Source: Heptranchias perlo
Taxonomy: Eukaryota
Reading direction: 5' to 3'
NCBI RefSeq assembly: GCF_035084215.1
Contig: NC_090325.1
Location: 132,308,001 to 132,372,000, forward strand
Length of the DNA stretch: 64,000 bases
Shown here: one piece after another, positions 49,921 through 63,358 of the stretch
How the letters are laid out: each line of letters opens with the position of its first letter
Numbering within the stretch: the first letter of the stretch is position 1
Translations under genes and position numbers: made by a program
Notes under the pieces: model-generated
Told to the model about the DNA's origin: nothing
Database searches by the model: none
What the model saw: the letters and a program-made list of their open reading frames with translations, nothing else

Positions 49921-52664
49921 AAATTTCTAACACTTGTATTTTTTTCTTTTCATCTCCACAAATCGATGAAATAATCATACCAAAGTGCTGATCTCCCAGC
50001 TCATCACAAGCCCTTCAATTACTTGATTAAAATGAAACAAATGAGAAAGTCATACTGCAAACTGAAATTATTTTGTTGCTTTCCTTCATAAATCCTTGTG
50101 ATCGGGTTTTGAAAATGGTTTCTAGATGGTGGAGAATGCTTGACATAAACGTTTGCAGACATTTATCTCTCCCAAATTTGCAGTGTGCTTCCCTGCAAGT
50201 TGAAATGATTAATTATTTTACAAATCTATCTATTGGAAATGGTACCTATTGGAAATGGTAACAATTATTGTACTTAACCATGTACTTTGAAAATAAATAC
50301 TCTTGTACCAACTGCTAAATGAAAAATCACTGCAAGCCTGCTCATTAAGGAATAGCTTTTAAACCCATATAATCTTCTGTCTACCTACCTGCAGGCTGTA
50401 GTTCCCACAAGCTGCCTTCTAAAACTTCCTCTGCTTTGAACACTTAATAAAATTACATCTGTTTCAATATAAGTTAAACATTTCAGTTGACTTGTTTTCC
50501 TTTTTTCCTAAAGGTCTGAAGATTGCGACAAATTAGATTAAACCCTCTGACCCAAAATGAGTGTGTTGGTCACGTGGGTGCCTTTCTTCAAACTCACTAC
50601 CATCAATCATAACTGATAATAATTTCATCACGTTGAATCAATTAGGTCTGATGAGTTTAGATGTGATTATTCATTTTTCTGTTTTGCTCAGGTGGATGCT
50701 ATTAAACCTTAATCATAAAGCAAAAGGACTTTTGAGGGGCTGAGAGGTTTTGAATCAGAGTTCAAGTATTTGTTCTACTTGCTGATGCTTTCAATCCAGT
50801 CAAATATGCTATTCTCTGAATATACATTGCATTGAACTATTTTAAATAGTTAGCAAAATGTTATATTACAAACAGGCATTAGTACTAGTCTTTTTACCAT
50901 TGGCATTTTTACTATTGGAAATACAAAATGCTAACTCAATAGAAGCATTTGGAAGAAAGTTTTAAAAAGTAACAAGTAAGATTTTCCATGGTTGTTAAAG
51001 TTATTTTGGCAGAAACTCGAATAGCTCAAATGTAACACTGACATTTTTCACTTTTCACATTAGTTTACAGCAAATGATAAGTAAATCATCGAATGGAATG
51101 TAAGATGTAACAATGCAAATTAATCAACTGAACAATGTAAATTGCCCACTTGACCCTTATTATCAACTGTGACTTATTTTCTGCTGGTAGTAACTAACAA
51201 AAAATGGCTTACCAAACTCATTAGGAGGTGTAAATCAGGTTCAACGGAGCATGAACTTCATACTCCAGTGAAATAAATCATTAAAAATGAAGACCGGATC
51301 ATGGGCCCTATAAATACATTTGGAAAGGCCTGAGCTAAAAAAAATTCTGAAGGGCTGAAAATTAATTTGGCGTAGTTAGCAGCACTCTCATCTATGAATC
51401 AGAAGATTAGATTCAAATCCAACTCTTGGTTTTAAGCGTGTAATCTAGGATGACAAACCAAGTACTAAGGAAATGTTGCACTGAGTTCAAGCAACCAAAG
51501 TTAAAGTGAATTATGCATACTCAAATTACTGCTACTTTATTTGTCTAAAAATATGGAGCGTCCCATTGCCTATTTTATTATTGCTCCACATTGACTTTTT
51601 TTTGGGTAATAATTTTAAAGATTGAGACAATATTATGGTTTTAATTGAAGGGTTTGCCATTGTGGAAGATTGGTGCATGGTTAATGATACTAAGTTACTG
51701 ATACTGATTCCATGGTTGGGTGTTCCTGGTGCGGAGTGGCATTCCCCAAAAGCACTGTCCAGGAAATCATTGGGGCCCATTCTACCTGATTTTCTGTCCA
51801 TTAATTTAAATGGATGGAAAATCAGTCACTGCAGGCCCCTGGTTTCTCAGCAAATGTTCCATGCAAATACCATTCTACGCTATGAGTGTCTGCCACAGAA
51901 TCAGCCCTATTGTACCAGTTCAGTGAGATGGCAGAGTGAATTCAAATCTAGGGGTCATAACACAGTTTAAACCTGAAAAACAGTAGCCAACAGATCACTT
52001 GCAATCACTAAACAAACGGATTGTCCTTGCTTTCAACTGGAACCCATGAAGGGAATTTTTAAATTGTGACCCCTGGTACCATGAACAATTTGCTTGGATC
52101 AACTTGTTCAATCTCCTTTGTAATTCTGAAAACCTCAAATTCCTTTCCTCACTTTCCTTTACTTAGCCACATACCAGAAATTCCTGATATTTGGAATTGG
52201 AGCTCCCTCATGGTTGCATCATTTTGAATTTTTATGCAGCCCAATATTTCTATATAACACAGCAGTTTCTATAAATAACAGAATATATGATGTCATGGAT
52301 TAGTGATTAAGTAGAGTGCAAGTCTCACTCGATAGGAGTTCAGGTCAGAGAATCAGGCACATTTTGCAGTGTTCTGGGGAGTTATTCTCAATTGATTTCA
52401 CCGGAAAGGAAAATCAGGTGGTTTCTTTAACAGGGTCCCGACCCACAACGCCAGTTTTACGTTCCAGCAGCTAGTTGAAAATGACCCCCTTGATTTTTCC
52501 AACATTATTTCAATGAGCATAATATAGACAGCAGCAGAGTCTCTGAAAATGTACCCTAACGCATCTTACAAAGTAGGAAGAATTGATCCCTGCTTCAAAT
52601 AGCCTAATAGTGCACAAACATGTTGCAGAAAATTATCTGGCCTATTTCAGTCAGAACAACGCGT

Positions 52665-52790
52665 TCGATAAATATTGGCCAGGACACTGGGAGAACTCCC
52701 CTGCTTTTCTTTACATAGTGCAGTAGGATCTTTTATATCCACCTGAACAGGCAGGCAGGGCCTCAGTTGAATACCTTATCTGAAACATGG
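52665..52790 (-). mobile_element. DeuSINE core fragment
   Basis: ATAAATATTGGCCAGGACACTGGGAGAACTCCCCTGCT is the reverse complement of the SINE core. Confidence 0.75.
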
Positions 52791-54348
52791 ATCCGAGCAG
52801 GAGGCATGAATTCAGGAGAGGGGAGAAAAGGGAGGAAACTGGCAATAATATAAAAAAAAATCTGCTCTCAGACTGTCTCTAACCAATAGTTAAAAGAAAC
52901 TATGGGAATAAGCCAGAAAAGTTGCCACAGCTAACATTCCTGTTTCTAGGCATGTTCCTTGGTCATAAAGTTTATTTTTGTTTTTGTGTTGAGAACAATC
53001 TGTTGACTCACCAATCTGCCACAAATACTGAAGTTTATGTAAAATTATACAAGTGACTTCACTCCCATCATTCCCCACACAGTGGACTCCTCAATGTCGC
53101 TGAGCTGAAATCTTTCTGTTAAAAAAAACAGCCCATTGAAAGAGCACAGAATTCCCTAGAGCTGTCATCTGTATGAGGGTTAGAATAAGACATATGCATT
53201 GTGAATTAATTATCATACATATTTTGTATGAGAAAAGGGCAAATTAGGTAAGTAGGTTACACCTCACAGAAATATGATAGTTAAAGGTTTTGTTTGCTGT
53301 ATATTGAAAATGAAAATGGTTTAATTTTTTTCCATGTAACTGATGCAAAACAAATGAGATATCAGTTATTGTCAGCAGCATTGTGTAAAGTTGACAGAAT
53401 TTTTTCCAGTTATGTTATTTGAAAATATGATACTTTTGGATTTCAGCTTTCTGTTGTTGCATTGGGGCTGCTGAGGTGAAAGTGCTGCTACATCTCTTAG
53501 ATCTTGCCCTCTACTGTGACACTTGCCTTCTTTCCTTTTGCATCCATTATTGTCTCCAGTTTACTGTGGAGCTCTGCACAGTACATCATAATGTACCCAT
53601 AGTCATTGATGGCAGGTCAAAGAAGTCCCTGAATTCACCAGCCTAACTGCCCTGGGATACACTTGGGCCTTCAAAGCATTCTGCCATGAAGTAATTAGAA
53701 CTAATAGTCACTTCAGGCAATAGCCTGTGAAACAAGCAAGGTAATTCAAGCTTTGGGTATGGCAACAACATGCTTGGTGGTCCTACAATCCACCAACATC
53801 AGACAGAAAAAATAAATTGAAAAAGCTTCTCAACCAATTCACAAAACACTGCTCAACAGTGCAATATAATGAACAATTATTAGACATACAGCTTTCTGAA
53901 GAGCAAACTAATAAGTAGTCAATTATATATTTTTTGTAAAACTCTTGTTTTTCTAACATTTCAATTATTTTATTTTAATAATATATTTTAATAGGAACTT
54001 TAATGTATAGAAAAAGTTGCGGCTTTTATTAATCAGATGAGAATTAGAGCATTATAGCAATTTCAATGCAGAAGGAAGCCATTACATAAACCTCAGACTG
54101 CAGTGTATTTATAAGATTTTCTATTTACAATTTTGTTCTTATACCATGTTTGCATTGTCCAAGACATGAAACATTACAGGGAGTAACACTGTGTACAGTA
54201 TGTGTTTTTAGATTTGTTAGTGCGAGATTACTGAAGCCAAGTCAGTCTGAATTTCATTACTTCATTAAAACCGGGTTCATGTTTATTCCTTTTCTTACCT
54301 CCTACTTTTCAGTCCTTTTCTCATTTCCTTTTGGTCCACCCACACCAT

Positions 54349-55625
54349 GGACTCAATTTTAAAATCAAATTACGGGTGCGTTAGGGGCAGGGGGGGCTGC
54401 GAAAATGGCGAAAATCCTGAGCAGGTTCGGAAGCTAGCTCCAACCCGCTGACTTCCGGGTTCCCCACAGACATGCCTGTGTGTGTGCGTGCTTCACGAAT
54501 CTGGAAGTCCTGCCGGCAATTAAAGCCGGTGGGATGACAGTTAAAGAACCAAATGTACCTCGTATTCACGGTACTTTATTTCTGAAATGGTAGATAGTTG
54601 AAACGATTTTAAACTTACCTGGACGACTTTCCCACGGCTTCCGATTCACACCTGGTGAAACCAGGCAGCGATCTCCCCCTCTCCCCACGATCTTCCCCTC
54701 TCCCCCGAATCTCCCCCTCTCCCCCCATTCTCCCCCTCTCCCCCCCGATCTCCCCCTCTCCCCCCCGATCTTCCCCTCTCCCCCCAATCTCCCCCCGATC
54801 TTACCCTCCCCCCCCGATCTTACCCACCCCCCCGATCTTCCATTCTCTCCCCCCCAATCTTCCCCTCTCCCCCCGATCTCTCTGTCTCCCCCCCGATCTC
54901 CCCCTCTCCCCCCTGATCTCCCCCCCGATCTTACCCTCTCCCCCCGATCTTCCATTCTCTCCCCCCCGATCTTACCCTCTCCCCCGATCTTCCATTCTCT
55001 CCCCCCGATCTTCCACTCTCCCCCCCAATCTTACCCTCTCCCCCCGATCTTCCATTCTCTCCCCCCGATCTTCCACTCTCCCCCCCCCGATCTTACCCTC
55101 TCCCCCCAGTCTTCCCCTCTCTCCCCGTCTTCCATTCTCTCTCCCCGATCTTCCACTCCCCCCTCGATCTTCCACTCTCCCCCCCGATCTCCCTCTCTCC
55201 CCCCAATCTTCCATTCTCTCCCCCCCCCGATCTTACCCTCTCCCCCCAATCTTCCATTCTCTCCCCCCCCGATCTTACCCTCTCCCCCCGATCTTCCATT
55301 CTCTCCCCCCCAATCTTACCCTCTCCCCCCGATCTTCCACTCTCCCCCCCACCCCCAATCTTCAGCATCCTCCACTCTCTGTTCCAGCACCAGATGACGT
55401 TTCACTCTCTCTCTTTTTCTCCCCCCCTTCGGCGTTGCAGCTCCTGTCGGCAGCCAGCCTGTCAATCAGGCTGCCAGGCGTAAAACCTGGAAAGAACTTT
55501 AATCACCGTCAATTACATTGCAGTCGCATTGGAAAAGGTAAGCTTTTTTTATTCGGGTTTGCCACGGGCACCTTCACCACCTCCCACCCCAGCTGCCAAC
55601 CCACCACCATTTCAAAATTGAGCCC
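54349..55625. mobile_element. Non-autonomous derivative (MITE) of the Harbinger #2 family
   Basis: TIR GGACTCAATTTT / AAAATTGAGCCC, CAT TSD; first ~190 bp align with 26180-26370 (AGCTCCAACCCGC..ACTTCCGGGTTCCCCACAGA). Confidence 0.85.
54668..55365. repeat. C-rich minisatellite, ~19-23-bp unit CCCCCCGATCTT(A/C)C(C/A)(C/T)TCTCT
   Basis: About 30 tandem units visible directly. Confidence 0.95.
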
Positions 55626-56645
55626 CATTTGTCATTCCTTGCCCAAAGGGAAGAGCAAATAACCTGCTCCCAAGCCTCCATTGATGCTACATTGTAACCT
55701 GGCATGAGGAGGCGATCACGAATGGCCTGAGGTGAGATGCCCTTAGTTTTCTGCGCACTTCCTGTTCGGAAACACCTAGCCTCCACACTCACCACCTTCC
55801 TCTGCAGCCAAACTATTTTTTCTTAAAAATGTCAGTCACATTACACAACTACAATCCTGATTTCAGTTAAAACCAATGGAGTACTAAGTTGAGTCTGACA
55901 CTTTTACAACTATACTTTCATACTTTCAGCTACACTGACAGCACTTCCTCAAAATATATTTTAAATAATAAGATACAAAATAAGGTGCAAAATATCCCAA
56001 AAGTACATTTTGAGTTTAATAAAATTAGGAACTATACACCCTTATCATGATAACATTGTCAATTTTAAAATCATTACTGATGCACTTAAAAAGCACAAGA
56101 AAAACACTTTAGAAAAATAAAACTTTGCAAATAGGAATTTTCGACTTGTCAGGATCAAATGGTCAAGTACTTTTGTAACAGTAGAACGTGGTAAGTGAAC
56201 CTAATGAGACATACTCAGTAAAGAACTTTAAAAGACAGAGGAAATACTAAAACCAGATGGCAGGTGGATTACAAGTCCTTTCAATATCGCAATAGAAAAT
56301 TCCTTGGTGGTTTAATTTACTCGGGTGGTAAACTAGTTAATATGTTTGCATAAAATTCTGTGCAGTACTTTGTTTAGGTTGCTAACCCATTAGAAATAAA
56401 CCAGTTCAGAATAAACAAGTTGACAACCTTGTTATAATAGCAAAGGAATTTTACCCAAATGTATCAACCAGTGCAATGCCAGAAAAGATTACACCCCTTG
56501 GTGATTTAAATATTTTCTGGCAAACCTATTTTCAGAAGTTAGTGAATAGTATGCCCTGATGGTGGTAATAACTTAGCATTCCTCAAATGTAACAAAGAGT
56601 TCTGAGTTAAAATATTCTTCATCACTGAGGAGCCTATACCGCCAA

Positions 56646-58460
56646 CATGGAACCATAGAATCATAGAAGGTTACAGCACAGAAGGAGGCCATTCGGCCCA
56701 TCAAGTCCGCACCGGCTCCATGCATGAGCAAACCAGCTAGTCCCACTGCCCCACCCTATCTCCGTAGCCCTGCACATTTTTTTTGTTTCAAGTACTTATC
56801 CAGTTCCCTTTTGAAGGCCATGATTGAATCTGCCTCCACCACTCCCTTGGGCAGTGCATTCCCGATCCTAACCACTCGCTGTGTAAAAATGTTTTTCCTC
56901 GTATCACCTTTGGTTCTTTTGCCAATCACCTTAAATCTATGCCCTTTGGTTCTTGACCATTCCGCCAATAGGAACAGTTTCTCTCTATTTACTCTGTCTA
57001 GGCCCTTCATGATTTTGAATAGCTCTATCAAATCTCCTCTCAACCTTCTCTGATCCGAGGAGAACAATCCCAGCTTTTCCAGTCTTTCCATATAATTTAA
57101 GTCCCTCACCCTTGGAATCATTCTAGTAAATCTCCTCTGCACCTCTCTAAGGCCTTCACATCTTTCCTAAAGTGTGATGCCCAGAACAGGACACAATACT
57201 CCAGTTGTGGCCGAACCAATGTTTTATAAAGGTTCATCATGACTTACTTGCTTTTGTACTCTATGCCTCTATTTATAAAGCCCAGGACCCCGTATGATTT
57301 TTTAACACCTTTCTCAACCTGCCCTACCACCTTCAACAATTTATGCACATGCACCCCCAGATCCCTCTGTTCCTCTACCCCTTTTAGAATTGTGCCCTCT
57401 AGTTTATATTGCCTCTCCTCATTTTTCCTACTGAAATGCATCACCTCGCATTTTTCTGCATTAAACTTCATCTGCCACATGTCCGCCCATGCCACCAGAG
57501 TATCCTCTTGAAGTGTATCACTGTCCTCCTCACTGTTCACTACCCTTCCAAGTTTTGTGTCATCTGCAAATTTTGAAATTGTGCCATGTACTCCCAAGTC
57601 CAAGTCATTAATACATATCAAGAAAAGCAGTGGTCCCAGCACCGACCCCTGGGGAATACCACTGACACACCTCCCTCCAGTCCGAAAAACAACCGTTCAC
57701 CACTACTCCCTGTTCCCTGTCATTTAGCCAATTCTGTATCCATGTTGCTATTGCCCCCTTTATTCCATGGGCTGCAATTTTAATAGCAAGCCTACCATGG
57801 CACTTTATCAAATGCTTTTTGAAAATCCATATACACCACATCAACTACATTACCCTCATCTACCCTTTCTGTTACCTTATCAAAAAACTCTATCAGTTTG
57901 GTTAAACACAATTTGCCTTTAATAAATCCGTGCTAGCTTTCCCTAATCAATCCACACTCGCCCAAGTGACTGTTAATTCTGTCCCAGATTATCGTTTCCA
58001 AAAGTTTCCCCAACACCGAGGTTAAACTGACTGGCCTATAGTTGCTGGGTTTATCCTTACACCCTTTTTTGAACAAGGGTGTAACATTTACAATTCTCCA
58101 GTCATCTGGCACCACTCCCTTATCTAAGGATGTCTGGAAGATTATGACCAGTACCTCCGTAATTTCCACTCTTACCTCCCTCAGCATCCTAGGGTGCATC
58201 CCATTCGGACCAGGTGACTTATCTACTTTAAGTACAGCTATCCTTTCTAGTACCTCTTCTTTCTCAATTTTTAGCCCATCCAGTATCTTAATTATATCTT
58301 CCTTTACCGAGACTCTGGCAGCATCTTCTTCCTTGGTAAAGACCGATGCAAAGTACTCATTTAGTATCTCAGCCATGCCCAGTGCCTCCATGAGCAGATC
58401 TCCTTTAATGGTGCCCAATTGGCCCCACCCCTCCTCTTACTACCCGTTTACTGTTAACAT
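56646..58460 (-). mobile_element. Decayed CR1 LINE (tether/RT to 3' tail)
   Basis: LNEYFASVFT, KSPGPNGMHPR, KFADDTKLG; catagaat tail. Confidence 0.93.
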
Positions 58461-58512
58461 GTCTGTGAAGCAAAAATTTCTCTGGCCATAATGTAGTGAA
58501 ATTGTAGATATA

Positions 58513-60164
58513 GGGTGCTAAATTGGGCCATGTAGCGCCTGTTGTTTCAGCGCTATGTGGCCTTTTGAGGTGCCAAGATGGCGTCTTGGCTGCGCATTCA
58601 TGTTTCCAGCATGACATGCGCCGGGCGCCATCTTGGTATAGGAGTTATCGCATGTACAAATACCAAATGCTGGCTGCATGTAAAGTAAGGAGAAAATGGA
58701 TACAATCAGTGCGCAACACTGATTTAAAGTGATAGACATCATTTTGGGACTTAACGCACAGTCTTAGCCCCAACCATCTGGACGTGTCTTAGAGTGCCTG
58801 GAGGATCCCCACTAGTGCTATTTAAAGGGACCATGCAGGATTTACAGGTTAGTGATTGGATTATTGCTTCTGGCTGCTGAGACATTTGTAACTGTTTTTG
58901 GAGGTCTCCTAAACTTGAATACTAGAACTAGGGGACATAGCCTAACATTTAGAGCCAGGACATGCAGGAGTGAATTTAGGAAAAGCTTCTACACATAAAG
59001 GGTGGGAGAAGTTTGGAACGCTCTTCTGCAAACAGCAGTTGATGCTAGCTCAATTGTGAATTCTAAATCTGAGATTGATAGATTTCTGTGAACCAAGGGA
59101 TATGGGGCTAAGGTGGGTATATGGAGTTAGGTCACAGGTCCACCATGATCTCATTGAATGATGGAAAAGGCTCGAGGGGCTAATTGCCACTGCCACTTGC
59201 TGCCTCCTGATATGTGCCACCTTCTGCAAGAAAGCGGAACGTGTGTCTGGGTGATATGCCTGTCATGGTTGAATTGCTGCCAGTGTGTGTGGCTGTGAGT
59301 TGTGGGTGGGCAGTTTGCAACAGAGGTAATGTGTAAGGGTGAGAGGAAGCATCTGATTGAAAGAGTTGAGTACTGATTGAAAGAGTTTGTTGGTATGTGG
59401 GTGATGGGGGGGTGTAGTGCGTAGAGCAGTGGATGTGGCTAGTGGTGCAGTTGGTCGGAGACGCCATTTGACTGTTGACCTCACTCACCTTGACCACTCG
59501 TGTCAAAGCATTGAACTTCTTCCTGCACTGCATCCATGTTCATGGTGCTATGCGCCTGGCATTGACTTTGTTCCCCTTGCTTCCCACTGCCTTTTGGGCA
59601 TATATCTGGAGGGCCTCTTGCCCCTACCCCCACCCCCCTCCCACGGGTATAGGATGTCCCTCCTTCTGTCCATCTCTTGCACCAAGGCCTCTAGTCAATC
59701 ATCAGAGAACCTTGTTGCACATACTCTCACAGGCCTGGTACAAACTCAGATCGGCAGATTGGTGAGGTCTGGCATGCAGATTGGAGAATGTGGGATTTAG
59801 TAGTGCACAATCTTTATTTAATGTTTTAACATAACTCATCAGTGTTTAAACATAGGGATGGGACCTGCATCTATGTTTTACATATGTGATTTCTGATTTC
59901 CATTCAGACTCCGTGAAGACAGCAGGCTGTTATTTTTAGCAAATAACATGTATCGTCTACCTTTAAGAGATTTGAAGCGACATCCTCCCTTTAAGAGGTT
60001 GGGGCTTCCCCTGCTGGTGGAACATGCAAATTGCATTGAATCAACGTGCAAGGCCTGGATTTTAAAGCAGCTTGCAGGTGAATACTGAGGCAGGACAAAA
60101 TTTGGGTTAATAACAGATCACGCTACCTATGCCCAATAATAGGCCCGATCAAATTTTTTCCCCC
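58513..60164 (-). mobile_element. Internally deleted Harbinger derivative with Myb exons and a CR1 3' piece
   Basis: ATA on both flanks, G-rich/C-rich termini; RFSDD*LEALVQE..RRRDILYP ... QCRKKFNALTRVVK|GTGAGT (donor at 59488). Confidence 0.65.
58915..59185 (+). mobile_element. CR1 3' fragment without tail
   Basis: Matches the reverse complement of ~46960-47225 (ACTAGGGGACATAGCCTAA...AAATCTGAGATTGA). Confidence 0.8.
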
Positions 60165-61428
60165 ATAATGTCATGAAGATTCCTCTGGTCATTTTCTCCA
60201 GTAAAATTGCAAACATGTTGTAAACAAATGTTAATGATTTCACTCAAAATACCAAACAGAGGAATTCCTCTTGAACAGTTTAATGATTATCGTTACATGT
60301 ATTGACTAGAGAAATTCTTGCCTCAGTATAAATATCAAGATATTTGAATGGAAACTTTGAGTATTCTCCAGGTATTTGAGTTTGGGGGGCTCACTGAGTG
60401 TTACAGTTCTTGAAGTTAATATTATATGTATAAGTTAAGTAGGAATGGTTGAGTTTTCTTTTAATTTTGTCTTTGTTACTGTATTTAACATCAAATTAAA
60501 AAACAGCAATTTTAATTTTGAAAAGTGACAAGCAAATAGTTTTTAACACCATGAATCTTGGATGTATCATGTACATGAGGTGAATTTAATAAGTGTGCTG
60601 AGTTGTTAGTCATCTATCCATGGCTTCTTGATCCTTGTCTTACACTGCTTGGTCCTCATAAATCATTGTCAAGGAAAAGAATTATGTTGTACCAGTTCCT
60701 CTTTTTTGGCAGTTTTGCTCAGATGCAGTATCAGAATGACACCTTTTTAATCATCTCTTCATTATCAGTCACTTGCATCAGACAGGAAATTTGAGAAAAA
60801 TTACCTCACATCCAAATAATTTGCTTTGAGGTTTAAGTTAAAATAGCAGTAAATGTGCCAAAACCAAAAGAATTTTACTCTACCTAACAGGTCGGTAGGT
60901 ACAAAAAAGGTAAATAAATAAACTATAATTTTAAGTGTAATGTCCCAATGGGCTGCTTTCATTGTCAATGCAAATTCTATAGCTTGTAGTTCTGTCTTTT
61001 CTAAATCAAGTGGATAAAATTAATAAATATGAAACAGTATAGAAACATTTTTTTTGGATAACAATTTGTTAGAGTATCTTTAAATATAAGGATGAGATAG
61101 ATGGGCACTTATCCTGCCCCATCTGTTCTTATTTTTGGATGTTGGATGGTTTATCTAAATCTACTGGTAGCTCTTGATCCATTTTTGTAAAAATGCTATG
61201 ATTAAGAAAATGGTAAATATTGATTCAAGGACAATACATAATTCCTTATTTTATTTTTCAGGCTTTTAAACTCACATCCATTACTTTCTCCACAGTTATA
61301 TCTGTCTTGCTTTGTTCCATGCAGGGTATTCTGCAATGTCTGAAAATAAATTAGGTGATACATCGGTACAAATAAGTTATAAATAAAATGCAGCACAAAT
61401 AATTACATGAGGGCAGATGAATTATATT

Positions 61429-62226
61429 GGTCTAGAAATTGCTTTTAAAACAATGTTGAGCCTAACAGCGCTCACCGTTATTAGTGGCGAAATCGAAGAG
61501 CAAGTTTCAGTGACTGTACATGTGCAGTTAAACGCGGAAATCCGGAACTTGCTCTTCCTGGTGCACCTGCAATGTGACAGCTTTGCCTTAAAGGGACATC
61601 GCCAGCTGCAATCAATGGAATCAACAAACCAGCACCAACTTGCTCTCCTGCCCAGTTGGAAACTAACTAATCTCGCCACAAAACAGGTACACTAAGATTT
61701 TTAAGTCTAAACTAAGCTTTAACAGTGTGGTAAGTCTTAATGACTGCCAAACAACCTCTCTGGCACTAAAAATTAACTTCTAAAAGTGCAGAGTCTCATT
61801 ACTCTTGATTTTAATAACTTATGGACATTTAAAAAAACATTTTTTAAATTAAAAATTTTTAAATTTTTCTTTACTTTTTCCTTCTATCTCTTTTATCTGA
61901 GTCTTTTAATCTTAACCTCTCTTTATTTTGCTTTCTCTATGTCATTTTATAATACCTTATCGGGCACGTCCGGGTTTTTAATCTGCGCTGTTTATCTATG
62001 AACTGCACTTCCTGGTTCTCACAATGTGGCTTGCTTCAAGCTGATTGGCTGAGGGGCCCTAGAGATCCTTTCGCCATTCACATAGCCTGGGAAAGAACGC
62101 TGATGTTATTTGAACTCGGATTTCAAGGAAGTTACTGCCAAAAAGAACTCGGTAACTTAGTGGGTCAATTTCAATCCAATGAGCAGCGAGCACTGCTGGT
62201 TCGCCACTCGGAGCAATTTACGGGCC
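61429..62226. mobile_element. Harbinger-type MITE
   Basis: TIR-like GGTCTAGAAATTGCT / AGCAATTTACGGGCC; ATT TSD on both sides. Confidence 0.7.
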
Positions 62227-62496
62227 ATTATTTGCGGTAGGACAAGTCATAAGGTCAATGTAATATTTGACTTGTAATACAATACTGTAAGCCAAGATAA
62301 TAAAAAAGGATGAAGGACTTGATAATGCTCATATTGACCATTTTATTAGTGTTCAACAACAACAACTTGCATTTATATAGTACCTTTAATGTAATAGAAC
62401 GTCCCAAAGCACTTCACTGGAACATATTGATATATAGCAGAGACATATTCTGATGTATAAACCAAGCCCTGATATTCATATGATATGAGGTGAGAC

Positions 62497-62533
62497 TCAC
62501 CTGACGAAGGAGAAAGCCTCCGAAAGCTTGTGA
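62497..62533 (+). ncRNA. Minimal type I hammerhead ribozyme motif (Penelope pLTR)
   Basis: Stem I TCAC/GTGA; core CTGACGA; stem II GGAG/CTCC; GAAA; palindromic AGCT helix III; cleavage predicted after U62529. Confidence 0.75.
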
Positions 62534-62625
62534 TTTTCAAATAAAACAGTTGGACTATAACCTGGTGTTGTAAGATTCCTTACATTTGTCAACCCCAGTC
62601 CATCACTGGCATCTCCACATCATCA
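62497..62625 (+). mobile_element. Penelope pLTR fragment
   Basis: Hammerhead motif, AATAAA and GTTGGACTATAACCTGGTGTTGTAAGATTCC; same family as 46564-46653. Confidence 0.8.
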
Positions 62626-62659
62626 TATAGGATAGACATTGGGGCATAGATGTTTAGTG

Positions 62660-63110
62660 TCTGTTTGACTCAGTTGGTGGCACCTTTCAGCAGATGATTG
62701 TTGATGCAAGTCCCACTACAGACGTAATCATATAATCTAGTCTGGCACTTCAATACAGTACTGAGGGAATGCTGCATTGTTGGAGGTGCCAGCTTTCAGA
62801 TGAAACGTTAAACCAAAGCCTTGTCAACCTATTCAGGTGGATGTAAAAGATTCCATGGCATTATTGGAAGAAGAGCTGGGACTTTTTCCAGCATCCTGGC
62901 CAACATTTCTTCGTCAACCAATGCCACCAAAAACAGATTATTTGCTCATTCATCTCATTGCTGTTTGTGGGACCTGGCAGTGCACAAATTGGCTGCCACA
63001 TTTTCCTACATAACAATGACTGCACTTCAAAAGGTAATTCATTGTCTGTGAAGCACTTTGGGATTTCCTGAGGATGTGATAAATTGTTACATAAGTGCAA
63101 ATTCTTTCTT
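62660..63110 (+). mobile_element. DeuSINE-like SINE
   Basis: CAGTACTGAGGGAATGCTGCATTG ... GTAAAAGATTCCATGGCA ... AAATTGGCTGCC core. Confidence 0.8.
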
Positions 63111-63358
63111 TAAGTATAAAGTGTGCAGACTTTGCCTGAGAGAAAGGAATTTATTTCTTCATTAGTTGATATTTTGGGGATTGGAATTGCTCTGTGCAAT
63201 GTTAACAACAGGCACGTTAATGCAATTGTATGAAATTCCTCTGTCATATATTGTAACAAAGGTGTAATCCCACCTTTGTTAAAATAGTGGACACGGGGAT
63301 TACATATGAACTTGTCGATGTGTTTGTTACTGATATTCCATAGCATGATTTCAACCCA

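Noticed and set aside
54668-55365. CRISPR-like array
   Set aside because: No unique spacers, eukaryotic context, no cas genes.
54655-55662. 335-aa Pro/Ser-rich ORF and overlapping Gly/Arg-rich antisense ORFs
   Set aside because: Translation of a stop-free minisatellite inside a MITE; no coding evidence.
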